Shown here piece after piece: positions 63,659 through 64,000 of a stretch of DNA of 64,000 nt (its first letter is position 1; every line of letters starts with the position of its first letter). Location: NCBI GenBank assembly GCA_030141605.1, contig JAQGDQ010000011.1, positions 678,066 through 742,065 on the forward strand. The letters are read 5' to 3'. Both the position numbers and the translations under genes were made by a program. The stretch is from Tubiluchus corallicola (taxonomy: Eukaryota > Animalia > Priapulida). The notes beneath the pieces were generated by a model, which saw nothing but the letters and a program-made list of their open reading frames with translations, did no database searches and was not told where the DNA came from.

Positions 63659-64000
63659 TTTTTTGTCGTGCTTAGTCGACAAAAAAGCGAGACTTGAAAT
63701 CTTTGTTTCCTAGTATGGAAAAAGAACCAGCATTTTAAACTTTCAGTTGACCTACTTTCAATTTTACCCGCTAGATGGCGCAAAGCGTATTCCATCAACA
63801 GTATCCTCTCAGTCGTAGTTGCTTATTATCGGTTTCGCTTATAGCGAACTTTCAGTTGACATAGTTTTAATTTTACGCGCTAGATGGTGCAACACGTATT
63901 CCATGCACATAGTATCCTCTCAGTCCTAGTACTTTTTTATTATCGGTTTCGTTCATAGCGTTACGCTGTGGTTGCTGCCTGTATGTGCATTTTTATTAAT
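63659..64000 (+). mobile_element. Helentron/HINE-like element start with a 109-bp internal tandem repeat (runs off the window)
   Basis: Starts with a T-run and the hairpin TTTTTTGTCG...CGACAAAAAA followed by GCGAGAC. Repeat unit AACTTTCAGTTGAC...ATAGCG at 63738 and 63847. Confidence 0.55.

Overview
AT-rich animal (invertebrate, probably lophotrochozoan) genomic DNA with spliceosomal GT-AG introns, so the ORF track shows only fragments and I rebuilt the genes exon by exon by hand. It holds five protein-coding genes. (1) The 3' ~820 codons of an NMDA receptor NR1/GRIN1 subunit, in one uninterrupted exon (+, <1-2472). (2) The first two coding exons of LYRM7 (-, 6064-5643). The ORF track does not identify this gene, and I could not find its remaining exons in the window, so GRIN1 may be nested antisense in a LYRM7 intron. 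(3) A 25-exon, ~1441-aa NEK8/9-like kinase with a DUF4347/NSMF-like N-terminal module, RCC1 repeats, a coiled coil and a C-terminal CaaX box (-, 28070-9604). (4) A 13-exon GPI-anchored melanotransferrin whose N-lobe has lost its iron ligands while the C-lobe keeps them (-, 47219-34849). (5) A 9-exon ADAL/MAPDA with two altered substrate-binding positions and a candidate poison exon (+, 49995-62177). Introns and intergenic DNA are full of non-autonomous DNA transposons (pogo/Tigger, PIF/Harbinger, hAT, piggyBac-like, Helitron/Helentron-like), SINE and LINE remnants, inverted repeats and tandem repeats. I found no CRISPR array, rRNA or intact tRNA. Family assignments come from remembered motifs, not database searches.
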